From the NCBI GenBank assembly GCA_964188305.1, contig OZ076885.1: a DNA stretch of 64,000 nucleotides. One strand, given 5' to 3'. The position numbers were made by a program, and so were the translations under genes. The DNA is from Podarcis bocagei. Its lineage: Eukaryota. The notes under the pieces are model-generated. The model did no database searches. It had not been told where the DNA came from and saw only the letters and a program-made list of their open reading frames with translations. Below, one piece after another: positions 20,753 to 34,274 of this stretch; within the stretch, counting starts at the first letter, position 1; each line of letters opens with the position of its first letter.

Positions 20753-23700
20753 GTAAGCAAAATTACTAATTCAAACCTGATTTCCCTCTTCAAAACCAAA
20801 ATACCCTCCAGGAGTTCTCTCTCTGTGTTCTGTACATCAAGGTAATTTTCTCACTATAAATGGAGCATTTTCTGAACAGTATGTTTTTTTTATTCAATAA
20901 AACATATTTATTAAACAAGTAGTAATGCTGAGCCAGGCTTTCTACCTCACTTTGTGATATTGCACCACATACTCCAATGCATGGGGAGGAAATAAGACAT
21001 TGGATTGACACCCAATGTTAGAACTGTGGGTTGTATCCAAAGTAGTGCTACGTGAATGTTCTGTGAACGCAAGGACTTCTACTTGAGCAATTGAATGTTT
21101 TATCCTGTCCTACTCCCACATGCCCCCGAAATCTGTTCTAATGGTTTCCCCAAATCTCTTGAGCAGTTTTGGGGAGGGTACATGCAAGGAGAGGGTGTGA
21201 AATTCATGGAATCACAGAATTGTAGTGTTGCAAGGGACCCCGAGAATCATCTATTTCAACCGGCTGCAGTGCAGGACCCTCATTGCACAAGTGAGAATCC
21301 TAGCATTACTGGGGCACATTAATAGAATACTGCCCTATGCTTGTTTGTAGTCCAATCTCAGTTTTGATTTCCTGAAGCTGGAAATCTTGCAGCTTTTCCT
21401 TTCTGTTTCTTCCTTAAATGGCAGAGTTTTTGGTTGCTTCCAATGTCATGAATTCAGCATACCTCACACACTGATGAAGGGCTATATCTTTTGTTTCCCT
21501 TTAACAGCCCTCCTTTCCAATTTTCCTCTTTGATGTTATTGTAGCACAAATTCTGCCCATCTGACAGCTTTCACTTTTTCCTTTTTGTGACCATACCTTC
21601 CTTTCTCAGAAGGCTTGGTGAGGAGAAGCATATTCCTTCTCTTCATCTTTGAATTTTACAGGCACAGATTTGCACAGAATGACCTGTAAACAGCCCGCTT
21701 CTTTGTGCAGCTTCAAACATGATGGTAGCATACAAACTCCACAGGATGGTCACAGACTGAACATGGCAGCCTTCCCTAACCTGGTGCCCTCCAGATCTTG
21801 TTGGACCAACTCCCATCAGCCCCAGCCAGTCAGGGATGATGGGAATTGCAGGCCAACCATATCTGGGAGTCACCACATTGGGAAAGGTTGAGATGCACCA
21901 TTAGATAGCGTATCTTTTTTGAGGACATTCTTGAAACATAGTGGACATTTACTTTTACTATTTCCAGTGGTATCTTCGATTGTCCATCCTTATCAATTCT
22001 TAGGTACTGTAAACTTTAAAATAATACAGGCCATGCTCAGTGAGATGGGAACAGTCATCTTTGTTAATTTACCATTTTTTTTAATTAATGGGACATTTTG
22101 CTGAAGTATATTTCATTGCCTTACAGCCAGCCCTCCTCAGTTTGTGTCAGTGGAGGAGCTAATGGAAACGGCAAAAGGAGTTACCAACATGGTGTTGGCC
22201 CATGAAATTGTCGTCAATGGAGGCTTCCAGATTAAGCCAGCTGAATTGCCAGAAAACAGGTAATATGTCTATTGCCACAGGCCTAAAAAGTTTAAAACAA
22301 AAATATATTTTTTGCTGTACGAAAAGGCAGCACCACAACTAGTGGATCCAGGGGTAGGAAAAAAAATCAGTTAAAAACATCTCACTGTTTTTACATGGAA
22401 GTGAGAAATACAGAAAATCTTGTGGCTGGCCAGGCATTTGTTAAGAGAACATAAGCTTGTTAACAGTGGATACACCATATTCTGTTTGCCATGAACCAAA
22501 TGCATGGGATCCTCCTCACCCTGTGAACCACATCCTTTCCCCCGAGGCCATCAGCAACAGGCTCATATAGCCATGAAGGTTAGCATTGTACATCTAGCTC
22601 AAGTGTTATATCCTATATGTAGTCAGGGAACGTTATGTTCATGTTTCTACATAAAGTCTGTTAAAAGCATTCCTGCCATAGGAGGAGATAGAATGCTTAC
22701 ATCAGAATACACACAGAATCAGCTATGATTCAAATTTCCACATTCACCACACAACGCATTTAGGAAGCTGTTTTGCATATTATCTATGGAGGGAGGTCTC
22801 AAAACCTTCCAGCCCTTTTGGCAGCTACATCCCCTATCCTTTTCATCCCATTTTGGCGACAGAGTCTCCCTTACGTGTTCCTTTTGAGCTAGAACTTCCT
22901 CTTGGACGCAGTGAATTATCTTGTTCTCTACCAATGTATTTTCGTCAACTGTAATGTTGGACATTACAATTAACCTTCTAACTGCTAGTGATGGTCCCCC
23001 CCCCCCGCCCCTTTCCAAGCATCACAAGCTCATTGTACTTGGCTTTGTGTTAGAATTACTATTTCAGTTTTCTTCTCCTGTTGTGTTGCTTGTCAGCCTT
23101 GAAAGAAGAGTAAGGGATATTGTCCACAAAGCTTTTTGGGATTGCCTGGAAACACAGCTAAAGGAAGATCCACCATCATATGATCATGCAATTAAACTTG
23201 TGGGAGAGATCAAAGAGGTAAGAGGGGCTAATGTATTTCCATAAGCATACTTCTTGTCCTTACATGATTCTGCCTTGTTTAAGGGTAGTTGCAACTATCA
23301 ATCCCAGTACAGGTCTTCAGAGACCTACACTCTTTCCTGCTCCCAGTACATTTCTTCTCTTTGCTTCCTGTTTTCTAACTAGTAACCAGCCCATAAAAAG
23401 GTTCTGCCCTGCTTTCCTGTGGCTGCTAAGTTCCTTTGGCAGGTGCTTTGTCAAAAGCTTTTTGAAAGTCAAAGTGTTTATATTTTCTTCCAGATGGACT
23501 TCATCTATGTTGTTTGCTAATACCTGCAAAGAGTTGTAAAAATATGATGAGGCATGTTCAGAAGCATCTTTGATTTAGACAACTAGAGATCCTCATGTCC
23601 TGTTCGAGCTTCACAAATGCGTTTGATTGGGTACTGCTGGAGCCAATGTACAAGACTAGATAAATTAATTGGCCTGATCTATCAAGGCAGTTCCTATTTT

Positions 23701-26700
23701 CTTAGACCAATGGCATCTTTAGTCTAGTGTCCTGTCTTCAGCATTGACCCTGTTTCATAAGGGCATGGACTGGTGGCAGGCAACACCTGAATCCTTTGGA
23801 TAGCTTTGCAGTGCTTCCATAAAGACTCATAGACTTAAGCCCTGCCCCACTGTGCTCTGGAATCAGTATGGCAAACAGTTTCTGTTGTCTCGTAATCCAA
23901 TTTACAACCTGTCGCTAGTGAAAAATTATGTCGGTCACAGTCTGCCACTTGATTGACTGAGGCATTTCATTCCTCTTCCCTAGCCCCTTTAACATCTGTG
24001 CTGGAACTACTCATTGTGTCTCCGCGTATCTTCAGAACCTGCACACTGCTTCTCCTCTGCAAAGTGAGGTCAGTAGAAGGAGATTTGCAGGGAAGAAGCG
24101 GCAGCAAGAGAAGCGGAGCTTAATCCTACCCCCTCTCTTACAGTTTCCCCCTTGCAATCTGCCACCCCATCTCTATTTCAGATCCATGTTTGTGATGGGA
24201 ATAATCATTCTAAAATTTCAGCAAAGGGGCAGTTGAAGAACAGGTTAAGTACCCTTTCTCACATCCCCTGTTTCCCTGCTGATCTCCCTCCTTGACACCA
24301 CTTTGCAGAATGGAAGCATCAGACGTGAGTTCAAGGATATAAAATGGAGCAGAATTTGTCACCCTTCAATATACTGGAGCTTATGCATGCGTACACACAT
24401 AAGCACCAGAGTTAACCCCCTGCTCCAGAAACCAAGGGTTGCATCCAGCAAAGTCATCCTGTTTGTGCAAGGGCTTCCACTTGCAGAATGGAACTACCCC
24501 TCCCTCTCCCAACATTCCATCCCCCAAATATGCTCCAGGGGGTTGGGAAAAGCCCTGCAACAGACTGGTGGGGGGATGGAGGAGAGGAAGGGGATGTTCT
24601 TGAGCAAGCAGAAATCCTTGTACACATGGGATTACTTCATTGGATGCAACCCCAAAACAGTGAATGAAAACTTCTATTAAAACTGTTAATGATTTGACCT
24701 TATTTTACTTTTCCTAGTAACACAATATTGCTGCAACTGTTATTCACTTTGAAATAGTGTTGATTGATACAGCAACATAATACTGCTATGAGCTAACAAA
24801 GGAACATTGCTTTCTTTCAGACGCTTTTGTCTTTTTTGCTGCCTGGCCATACTAGATTAAGAAATCAGATTACCGAAGCTCTAGACCTGGAGCTGATAAA
24901 ACAGGAGGCAGAGAATGGTGCCCTTGACATTTCGAAGTTGGCAGAGTTCATTATTGGAATGATGGGGACGCTCTGTGCTCCAGCTAGAGATGAGGAAATT
25001 AAGAAGCTGAAAGACATTCATGAAATTGTTCCCCTGTTCAGGTACTCACATTAAATCAGTGTCTGCCTATGGAAAAATACTTTGAATGTTTTTGATAACC
25101 ATTGGCAGGATACAAAAATTATGCATGTAGCAATGAAATAATACATGTGTGTGTTCATGATTGTTTGATGGAGAAGTTACTGGTGAAAATGCAAGTGCAA
25201 GAATAGTGAATAATATGGAATATTTTTTTCCAAGACTACTTTTATAGAGGCATTCATTGCAACTGGGCTTTCCCTCCCCAGCTAGTTTAGAAAGTAAATA
25301 AAATCATGTATACTCCTAAATACAGACAAAATGTGGCATTTATGTCTATCCCTCCCTACAGCTTTAGTTGACGTATCAGACTGAGGTGGGCATTCATATT
25401 TTGCTTGTATGTTCCTCAATGTTGAAGGGGAAGGGAAAGGAGGAGAAATATTTTTTTCCACATTGGATACCAGATGCATGGGAAAGTATTCTAGTCCGGC
25501 CTTCTGCCTGACATTGTAATTTCTGTATGGGAGGGGCTCTTTGTTTTTGTAAAGATGAGCATTAATTCATATAAGCCCCAACTGCAGTCTGAAGCTGTCT
25601 CAGGCTTATCATCTAAAGCAAGAATTGGGCAGTAGTGATCTGAAAAACTCCTAAAGGTAATTTTTAGCATACAATGCATATGCCAACAGAATTGTTCTCT
25701 AGAAAGCACTGTATTTCTTCCTGGTCTTTAAAGGGGGGTTGTTCCTAGTTCTCCCCACATAGTTCTTCAGTTAGATTACTTAAATATGATTTGCCCCCTT
25801 AGCTCTTCACTTTTTCATTTGTTTTATCTCCTTCTTTTACATTTGATAAATATTGCAAATTTTGAGGGCATGTGATTTGATTTACTGCAGACATTTAGAC
25901 ATGCTGTATTTCTTATTGATACCGTTTTTTAAAATACTGTGCATTGCTTTGATTTTTTTTAAAAAAAACATTAAACGATTTATAAATGTCCTTAAATAAC
26001 TACACACACCTGCTTGAAATGTCTTCTTGATTTTGCAGAGAGATTTTTTCTGTGTTGGACTTGATGAAAATGGACATGGCTAATTTTGCTGTCACCAGCA
26101 TAAGGCCACATTTAATGCAGCAGTCAGTTGAATATGAAAGGAAGAAGTTTCAGGAACTTTATGAGAAACAACCAAGTACGGTTTTTTGTTATTTTGCATT
26201 GCTAAATGATCTGCTTTTTGTTTATTAAAAGACAAATTGATTAAGCTGAATCATCATAACTGTTCAGTCCTTAATTTGATAATTATGCCAAAATAACTCC
26301 CCATGAACGGCAGAAAGCTTACTGAACTCAGTGGGGCTTATGTCTGATGAGCTGTATATGGGAGGTCCTTCTGCATAAACTTTGGGTGTTTCTCAGTGCC
26401 ATGAATGGGAGCATGCAATGCAGTTTAAATATTGCAGTTTAGCATAACTGTATTAGGGGGAAATGAGCAGTGCTAATAAAAATAAGCATTCAGAGTGCAA
26501 ATGTCTGGATATCTATTTCAGTTTTTAAAGCCAAATTATTAACCAGCTAAAAAAATTCAGTCAGCTGAAAATCCGGAAACAATAGGCCCTTGGGTAGAAT
26601 TATTCAACATGACTTCACTCTTAAGGTCATCTTCCTTAAGGACCGACACCCTTCCCTAAATTTCTTTCACATTGGAGGTGACGCTGATCCGAAGTAGGGA

Positions 26701-29700
26701 GATGGCTTTTTCATAGCTCCAGGTATGAAATATTTTAGATGTGATGATGAGAGACCTCTCTATTCCCCTAGGCATTTTAAGTATTGTTTCACATCTTGCA
26801 CCTGCTCATCTTATTTGTCAGCTGTTTTCATGTCTTTTGTTTTAAACTGTTTTGATTGTTTTTATTTTGTTCATATATCGCGCAAACCACTCTGTGCAAT
26901 CAGTTTTGACCAAGGGCGGTATAAAAATATTTCAAATGGATAGGCAGGAAAATGGGTTGATGAGAAAATGGTCTGGTTTCTCCCTCAAAACAGATTCCTT
27001 AGATTTCGTCACTGAGTGGCTGCAAGAAGCTGCAGATGACCTGAGATCCAGAATGGTGCCTGCTATTGATCATGGTGCCACGTCTACCAGTACTGCTCCT
27101 GTGCTCTGTTCTGTTGCTGTACAGAATCAAGCATACCTTAAGCTCCTCAAATGGGATCATCTGCAAAAGCCTTTTCCAGAGGTAACTATTTGCTTCTCTG
27201 CAGTTACTATAGCAATGTTTGGATTGGTAGGGTGCATTCAGACATACACTTGAACTCGGTTGGGCAAGCCCCTTTGAGTGCGAAGGATGGGGATGAGTAT
27301 GGGATTGTGTGGCAGTGTGGGATGTGCTTGTTGTTGGTCTTTAGATTATCGTCTTTGAACCTAATCTTTATGCTGCATACAGTGCGTTTGGCTGATGGTG
27401 TCAAGATGTGCTTGTGTGTGGCAGGCAGCTACCATAATGCTGCCTCATCCTCAGTGGTTGTGGGCAGCGGGGAGGCATAGTTTAAATGGAGAGGCTGACT
27501 ACCATCTGGGCTAGAGGTCTTGGCGTTTGGTCTTTATCAGCTCTTTTTGGGCCCTCTGCTCATCCAGAAGTTCCTGGTAGCTTATACACTGAGTCCTCTT
27601 GTCAAGTGGAGCTGTTAGTCAGTCTGGAAGAGGTTTGTGCTCATCTGCAATCTTATCATGGATGAAAGGGCTAACCTGACATGTTTTGCTGAGGCTTTCT
27701 TGCAAGGATACTTAGTACAGCACCTGGCTAGACCAGAGGGTTGAGGTGAGGGTGCTGCCGTTATCTTTAGAAGCACTGTCTCCTTCACCAGACAGTCTCT
27801 TGCATTAGGAAATGGACGTTGAGAGCTTACACTGTATAACTATTACATCATCTTGCCTTCCTCCCTGCATTCTGAATTTACTATCCTCTGTTGTGTTAAA
27901 AAAATTTTTCCCAGACTGTGCTAATGGACCAGAGCCGCTTCCAGGAAATGCAGCTGGAACTGGACCAGCTTATTTTAACTGGAGCGATTCTTCTGGTAAC
28001 ATTCAATGCTGCAGGCACAGCGCTTTCAGGCTTGCCAGCATTTACAGCCAATCTCAAAATGGTTATCCGGGTACTGCTGACAGGTCTACACCTCCCGTGA
28101 GTATCGTGCGCCTTTGAGGCCCTTTATAGGGTGATGCAGGATGATATAGACGTCAGTTTCAACTAGATCTTGGGCCTGTTTTGAAAGGAGACTTGCACAT
28201 TCTTCTCTACTTCTCCAAGTAGTAAAAGGCTTTAGAAATTATGAGGAATTTCCATTATGAAGAATAATTAGCCTTTCGGATAATTCTAATCTTCACATTT
28301 GGAGTAACCTTTGATTATATCACTTCAGATTACAGGGCTGTGGGAATCTCCTGATACTCTCACATGTAAGAAATAAAACGGAATGGGAAAGGGTTATAGG
28401 TAGTTTCTTGTGTGGAGAACATTTAAACATATGCATTCTGAAGAGTTATGAGTCTGAATTTTTCTTAATGCAGCTCCCAGTTGTGTCTAGGAAATTGCTG
28501 ACACCCCCCCCCCCCAAATATAGACACACCCGCTTGTTTCTTTGAGAACTCAAATTCCCTCTTTAAAAAAGGAAGTGGTTGGTGTGTGATGATTCCTCCA
28601 GTAATGTTTCCTCAGTCTGTAAGGTTTTTACCCATATAGCTCATGTTTGATTGGCATACATTAGCTAACCTGTCAATTCAATTCCATGTTGCTTATGAGC
28701 TGTTAAAACATATTAGAATTTTGATCATCTTTTTCTAGCTCCTTCAACTTGAGTGAAGCATTGGCTGTCATAAGTGAAAAGATTTGTGCTGAAGTTAATA
28801 GCTGCCTTTCCCAACATGGATTCACACCTTTCACACTTGAGAAGGAGACGGAGCTTAAAGGACAGATCCAGGCTGTGGCCAAGCCTAATAACACTGTGTG
28901 CAAACTGATAGGTATGCTTTGCAGATCAGATGACTGCTCTTTTCCCTGCAGTAGTTGTGCAAAATCCATTGTTCTGCATGTCTAAGTCAAACATACATTT
29001 GAGGACATGGGTATATCTTATTTTTGTCAAGTGAAGGGGATAGTAATGCTTCAAATGGGTGAATGCACTCGTTTTGAGATGAGAGATTGTATTGGCTGCA
29101 TGTGCACATCATAAGACTAAGCCAAAAATCCTGGTTTCAAGAGCCAGGATATGCACGAACAGTATGCACTTGTAGGCAGCCCCTTTCTTGCTGTTTCATT
29201 CCTCCCTTTCTTGAGCTGCAAAAGCAAGCCAGGACTGAACCATAGCTTCTTATTATATGCATATCCTGAAACCATGACTAATGGCTTCAAAACAAGCCAA
29301 GGTATTAAACCAACATTAAACCTTGGTTGAATGACTCTGTCTTGTTTGGAAGCTAAAAGCCAGTTTCAAAGTTTTCATGTAATGGGAAACTATGCTTAAG
29401 TGCTGGATCCTGTAAAGGGAAGCGGCAGGAGCCTGCAGCCACTGCCTAGCATAACCATTATAAAGCTACTTTGTCAGGGTGTGGAGGTCAAAAACCAGGA
29501 AGGAAGGGCTGCTTTTGGAAAATGAAACGTTTTCTTGAAGAATTACTGAAAAGTGATGTCAGGTTTGAGTTTTCTATCTACGAGTGATGGTGTTCCTCTT
29601 GGAACTGGGAAGCAGAGATAGATGGGAATGTTTGAAATGAAGGTGAAATGATGCTAAAAGAACTCCAGATTTTGTTCTGTCTGTGATTGCAATAAGACGG

Positions 29701-30025
29701 TTGTATGAAAATAAAAATAAAGCACCATTATGGGCCTATTTGATGTGTATTACCAAAAGAAGAATTTTGGATCTTTCAGTAAGTCTTACTAATAATTTAC
29801 TTCCCTTCTCAAGATTCAAGAATCCAGTCGTTTCTGGAGAGCTACCTTGCTTCTGGCCATCAGAAATCTCTTCCTGCCATTCCTGGTGGATTAGGCCCTA
29901 TTCAGAAAGAGCTGGAGGAAATTGCTATCAAGTATGTTCGCCTTGTTGACTACAACAAGATGGTCTTCAGTCCTTACTATGACGCAGTTCTCAGCAAAAT
30001 ACTGAATGAAAAAGACTCATCTTAG
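20599..30025 (+). CDS. TCP11L1: T-complex protein 11-like 1, complete, 506 aa; join(20599..20752,22127..22259,23097..23217,24821..25041,26039..26175,26994..27181,27915..28096,28739..28911,29814..30025)
   Basis: All nine exons splice GT-AG in frame (1521 nt). Peptides [71 protein letters not shown] and [18 protein letters not shown] match recalled TCP11L1. Synteny agrees. Confidence 0.96.
21765..21891. mobile_element. Palindromic hAT-type MITE (degenerate)
   Basis: ccctccagat...aactcccatc...gatgggaattg...atctggg arms. Confidence 0.65.
22127..22259 (+). CDS. TCP11L1: TCP11L1 exon ([12 protein letters not shown]...LPENS)
   Basis: ttacag acceptor, AG|GTAATA donor. Confidence 0.95.
23097..23217 (+). 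CDS. TCP11L1: TCP11L1 exon ([17 protein letters not shown]...EIKE)
   Basis: tgtcag acceptor, GAG|GTAAGA donor. Confidence 0.95.
24436..24652. mobile_element. MITE with GGGTTGCATCCA TIRs, possibly PIF/Harbinger type
   Basis: Perfect 12-bp TIR; a 3-bp flanking CAA on both sides may be the TSD. Confidence 0.6.
24821..25041 (+). CDS. TCP11L1: TCP11L1 exon ([10 protein letters not shown]...VPLFR)
   Basis: ctttcag acceptor, AG|GTACTC donor. Confidence 0.95.
26039..26175 (+). CDS. TCP11L1: TCP11L1 exon ([16 protein letters not shown]...EKQP)
   Basis: ttttgcag acceptor, A|GTACGG donor. Confidence 0.95.
26994..27181 (+). CDS. TCP11L1: TCP11L1 exon ([10 protein letters not shown]...KPFPE)
   Basis: aaaacag acceptor, GAG|GTAACT donor. 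Confidence 0.95.
27915..28096 (+). CDS. TCP11L1: TCP11L1 exon (TVLMDQSRF...GLHLP)
   Basis: ttttcccag acceptor, CC|GTGAGT donor. Confidence 0.95.
28739..28911 (+). CDS. TCP11L1: TCP11L1 exon ([10 protein letters not shown]...VCKLI)
   Basis: ttttctag acceptor, G|GTATGC donor. Confidence 0.95.
29814..30025 (+). CDS. TCP11L1: TCP11L1 last coding exon ([12 protein letters not shown]...EKDSS*)
   Basis: Branch-like tactaat, cttctcaag acceptor, TAG at 30023-30025. Confidence 0.95.
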
Positions 30026-33000
30026 CTATCTGTGAGCAAAACTGGGAAGATGTCAGACTCATTGGTATGCTGCCCTAAAGAAGATAGGGTAGGAGAAGGC
30101 TGTTGCACTCATGCTTTCTGTCAGAATGATGAGGGTTGGGAAACAGAGGCCTCTTTCAGACCCCCGTTGTTTCTTGGGGATCCCCACAGTCTGTCTTGGT
30201 ATCCCCTATTCCCCACCAGACCCCCTCAAACACAGACCAGTCCTGTTTAGGAACTTAAGTAAAATTCAACACAGCACAGTTTTATTTAGGCACTTGTGTG
30301 TTGGAGGTAGAGCGAGAAGTTCCAGGATTTAAATGTTCACTTCCCCCTGCTTTCACCCAAGTTTAATAACTGCTTGAAGCCAATGCCAATCAGCCATTGG
30401 ACTAGTGCAGAGATGTGCTGCTCCCATCCCATCCTGGTCCTTCTGGCTGCTGTGTATGCAAGTGTGCTTCTTTACATGGATCACTGTTATTTGGAACAGG
30501 GTGGTCAACTGTATGTGTTGTAGAAAGCTTACAATCCTTGGGCAACAGCTTTGCTGGGAATCTTTCACTAATACAGTAGCGATGGTTGAGTGGTGAGTGG
30601 ATACATCAGGTGATGTAAAAGGTACATGAAAATACACCAGTTTAGTACTTACTAATTCAAAGCAAGTAAGAACTGATGGTGTATTGACTTTTGAAATATG
30701 GGCTTGGGGGGTAAGACTAAAATGTTAGATGTTGAAATTATCCTATTAGCATGTACACTGATGCAAAAGGGGCTAGTAAACTTCTCTTTCTATATTAAGT
30801 TTTAAATAGTTCTGAAGATCATCCCAAAAATTATATCGATAACTTCAGTTTCCAGATACTCAAAACTTGGATATTGGTAGTTAAAGCACTTTATATGCAG
30901 TCTGCAACACTCTTAAGTCCTTCTGCCAGCCAGGTTTTTTTTTCCTAAAGTATTTTATTCTGAACTGCAGATATTCTACCAAAAGCGTATATAATTATAT
31001 TTTTGTAGAGTATTTTCTGGTTCTTCTCTACTGCAGTATTCACATTCTGTAGACTCTATATATTGTTTCTCCTTTCGAAGTAAAACAAAAAGTCTGATGA
31101 GGGAATTTCTTCCTCCTGTATTGCTGGAGGCATGAAATGCTAATATAGGTGAGGAAAACTTTGGATATCTGAAAAAGTTGGATAATGGAGTATCCATTTA
31201 AGTTCATTCTGGAATTTATCTACATATTATAAAAGCCTGTGATTTAGGTGAGAAGTTGGGCTAGCTCCTAGCTTAGTAATATAATACTGTGTCCCCAATC
31301 CAAGTGCTCTATGTACATAGTTGTACATTATGAGTCTACAGCTTAGCATGTGTGCTTGCAGAGAGATTGCTGGCACTGATCATGGTGAATTCCTCCCCCC
31401 CCCCCCCCCGTATCTCATAGAGTAGCCTTTGGAAGGCCTGATCCAGCAGACAACCCACAGGCAGGAAGTTTCCTTCTGCCCGTCGCATCACCCTTGCTGG
31501 ACTTGGATGCAATACTTTTATTTGAATGTTAGTGATTTTAAATTTATAGTAGGAAGTGGACTACCTTTAATGTCCCATGGAGTTTATAGAAAACTTTCTG
31601 CTAGGTTTTAAAACAAGTGTTTTCAGGAGTTCATAAACATGTGACTTATTGGATACTTGAGGACATTAACTGTTTCTTAGGTCGGCTCTCTTGTTAAATG
31701 TTTTCTAACATCAGAGACATGGATGTATATGTTGAGTCACAAATATGGGAGGCAAAAATAATTCTGTGAATTGGCTTTTGAAATTGCTTTTGGTTGAAAA
31801 GCCACAATGCACAGTATGCTTCCTGAATGTTTAGTAGCTGTTTTAATCTTAAAAGGGAACAAAGATAAAAGCCTCTACATTAGTGCTTAAGTAATCTCTC
31901 TGAATAATAGAATTGCTGTAAAGCAGACCAGCCCCCCACCCATCATTATTTGATGAAACTTCCTCTGTTTATGGTTTTTTTAAAAAGAGGTTCTCTTTAA
32001 CTATTTGGCCCATTGTGTTTGAAATGTGATGCTCGTGATGTCTGGATATACGGCAAAGGTATAGGGCTAAAAGGTTTTCCTCTGTGAAAAACTGTGGTTG
32101 GCACCTACCTGAAACGTAGATCTATGAAGTTTGAGTGAGTCTGTGAGGTTGGGTTTTAGGACCCACCAGTGCAGCAAAGGCAAGACAAATGTCTTGGGAA
32201 GGGGGCGGAGCTCCCAGCATTCCTCAGTCTATGAACTCGACAAGTGGAAAGCAGGCACTGAAATTCAAATGGTTATGAAATAGAACAGTAACAAGGACAA
32301 ACATACAATCGTCCCTCCCCAAAAGTAGAACTGCAACAGGAGTAAATTTGCCTCGAAAGCAAGGCTTGATAATTACGCAGCCAACCTAATCCCAACAAGG
32401 TGATACTTCCAATCAACTCTCAAATTTTATTACACTCATTGAATATGGGTGTGGCCCTTAACTAGCTCACTCACACTATGGAGACCTGTATTTCAGGCAG
32501 GTGCAAATTGCACCCATAGCGGGAGCGAGCCTGTCTGGTTGGGACATAAAATGGCTAATCCCAATTTGGGCAGGACCTTGACAATTAATCTGGGAAGATC
32601 TGCTGAAGGACAGCCTCAACCTCAGCTGAGGCATGCTTGTCAGTTTACTATAAAATTGACATACTTTTAAATGACATACTTGTCAATTTTATAGTGTTTG
32701 GCAAAAGGTTTTTGGGGCTACGCTCCTAGCTGCTTTACAGAGATCCTCTAAAGGAGCTTTGGTGGAAAGGCTGCAGCCCTTGTGGAATGCGCTGCCACAT
32801 CTTTTGGTATTGGAATTCTTTGAATTTTGTATGTAGCCCACCTAGCAAGGGTGGATGTGGAAACCCTGTGCCCCAGAGTGGGCAGCCGAAAGGACACGAA
32901 AAGGGAATCTGTCTGCCTCAAATCTCTCTGCTTCTTACTGTAGGTCTTTTCCTCTTCTGCCTCCTTGCCTGTTCAAATATGATTTGACTGTAGCATTGTC

Positions 33001-34037
33001 TATGCACAAAATGATGTGAATAAGGCAAAACTGAGGGGAGATGTGCTGAATCACCAGGTAGGCTGCTGTGAGTTTGAGCTAGTTGACACCCCAAAATAGG
33101 CTACCTTCACAGGAGACCACAGGGCCTGAATTGAAAGATGTTGACAGAGACCCAGCCCAGCAGGCTGTCATCCAATGTGATGATGGCTCGAGTTGGATCT
33201 TCAAGAGGAGTGCCTTTACATAAGCTGTGGCTATTTGTCTGCCAGCATGTGGCCAGGCAGAGATGATGTGGAATCGTGAGGTGATGGTGTCTTCCTGCTG
33301 TCACCAGTCACTGGTGAGTGCTTCTAAGGCAGTAGCACCCACTGTGATGGCTTGGCATGGAGCTTTGCCCAAGGTGGTGCTTGTGATGCTGATATGCACA
33401 CCCAAAGGCATGGGACAGCTGCATAATGACCACTTTTTTTGCTGTTAAGGGACTTCTGGTGGCTGCTTTAATTCAGATTACTCTGTCCAATGCTGAGGGG
33501 ATAAACCCTCTTACTATGTCCAGAAGTGTCCCTAGATGAACCAGTTTTTTTTTGGAGCTCGGGTGCACAGGGTGAAATCTAGACATGTCTCAGTGGCATC
33601 TCCAAATTGTGCGTGACCATCTTTCAGGTGTAAAGTGTAGCAGAGTAGATTAGCAACAGGAAGGTACTTTCAGCAGTTCTGTAATGTCAAGTAGTAGAAC
33701 ATAAAACTTGTTAGCCAAAACAAGCATATTTTTTGTACTTCAGCAGAGAGTTCCACTCATCCTTGGTCACAGATGTAAATGGAACAGGAACTGGAACTTA
33801 TCTAGTCACTGGCTTTGGGTCAGGTAACTTGGTCACACCTGTGAGAGGTGCAAACAGCACTTCAACTAGATTTATCATTATCATTGTTTATTTGTATGCT
33901 GCCTATCCATAGTTAAAACCATTCTCAAAGCAGTTTACATGAAAATAATTACATAACTGCAAACATAACAAAAGTAGCCATGAATGATAAATAAAATGTA
34001 CACAACATAATCGAAAGATTTAAAAAAAAAATCAGTA

Positions 34038-34274
34038 CAGTGGTACCTCGGGTTACAGACGCTTCAGGTTACAGACACTTCAGGTTACAGACTCTGCTAA
34101 CCCAGAAATAGTACCTTGGGTTAAGAACTTTGATTCAGGATGAGAACAGAAATTGTGCGATGGCGGCGGCAGCGGGAGGCCCCATTAGCTAAAGTGTTAC
34201 CTCAGGTTAAGAACTGTTTCAGATTAAGAATGGACCTCAGGAACGAATTAAGTTCTTAACCAGAGGTGCCACTT
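34038..34274. mobile_element. Tc1/mariner (Tigger-like) MITE
   Basis: TA-CAGTGGTACCTC...GAGGTGCCACTT-TA; same family as 36145 and 47482. Confidence 0.85.
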
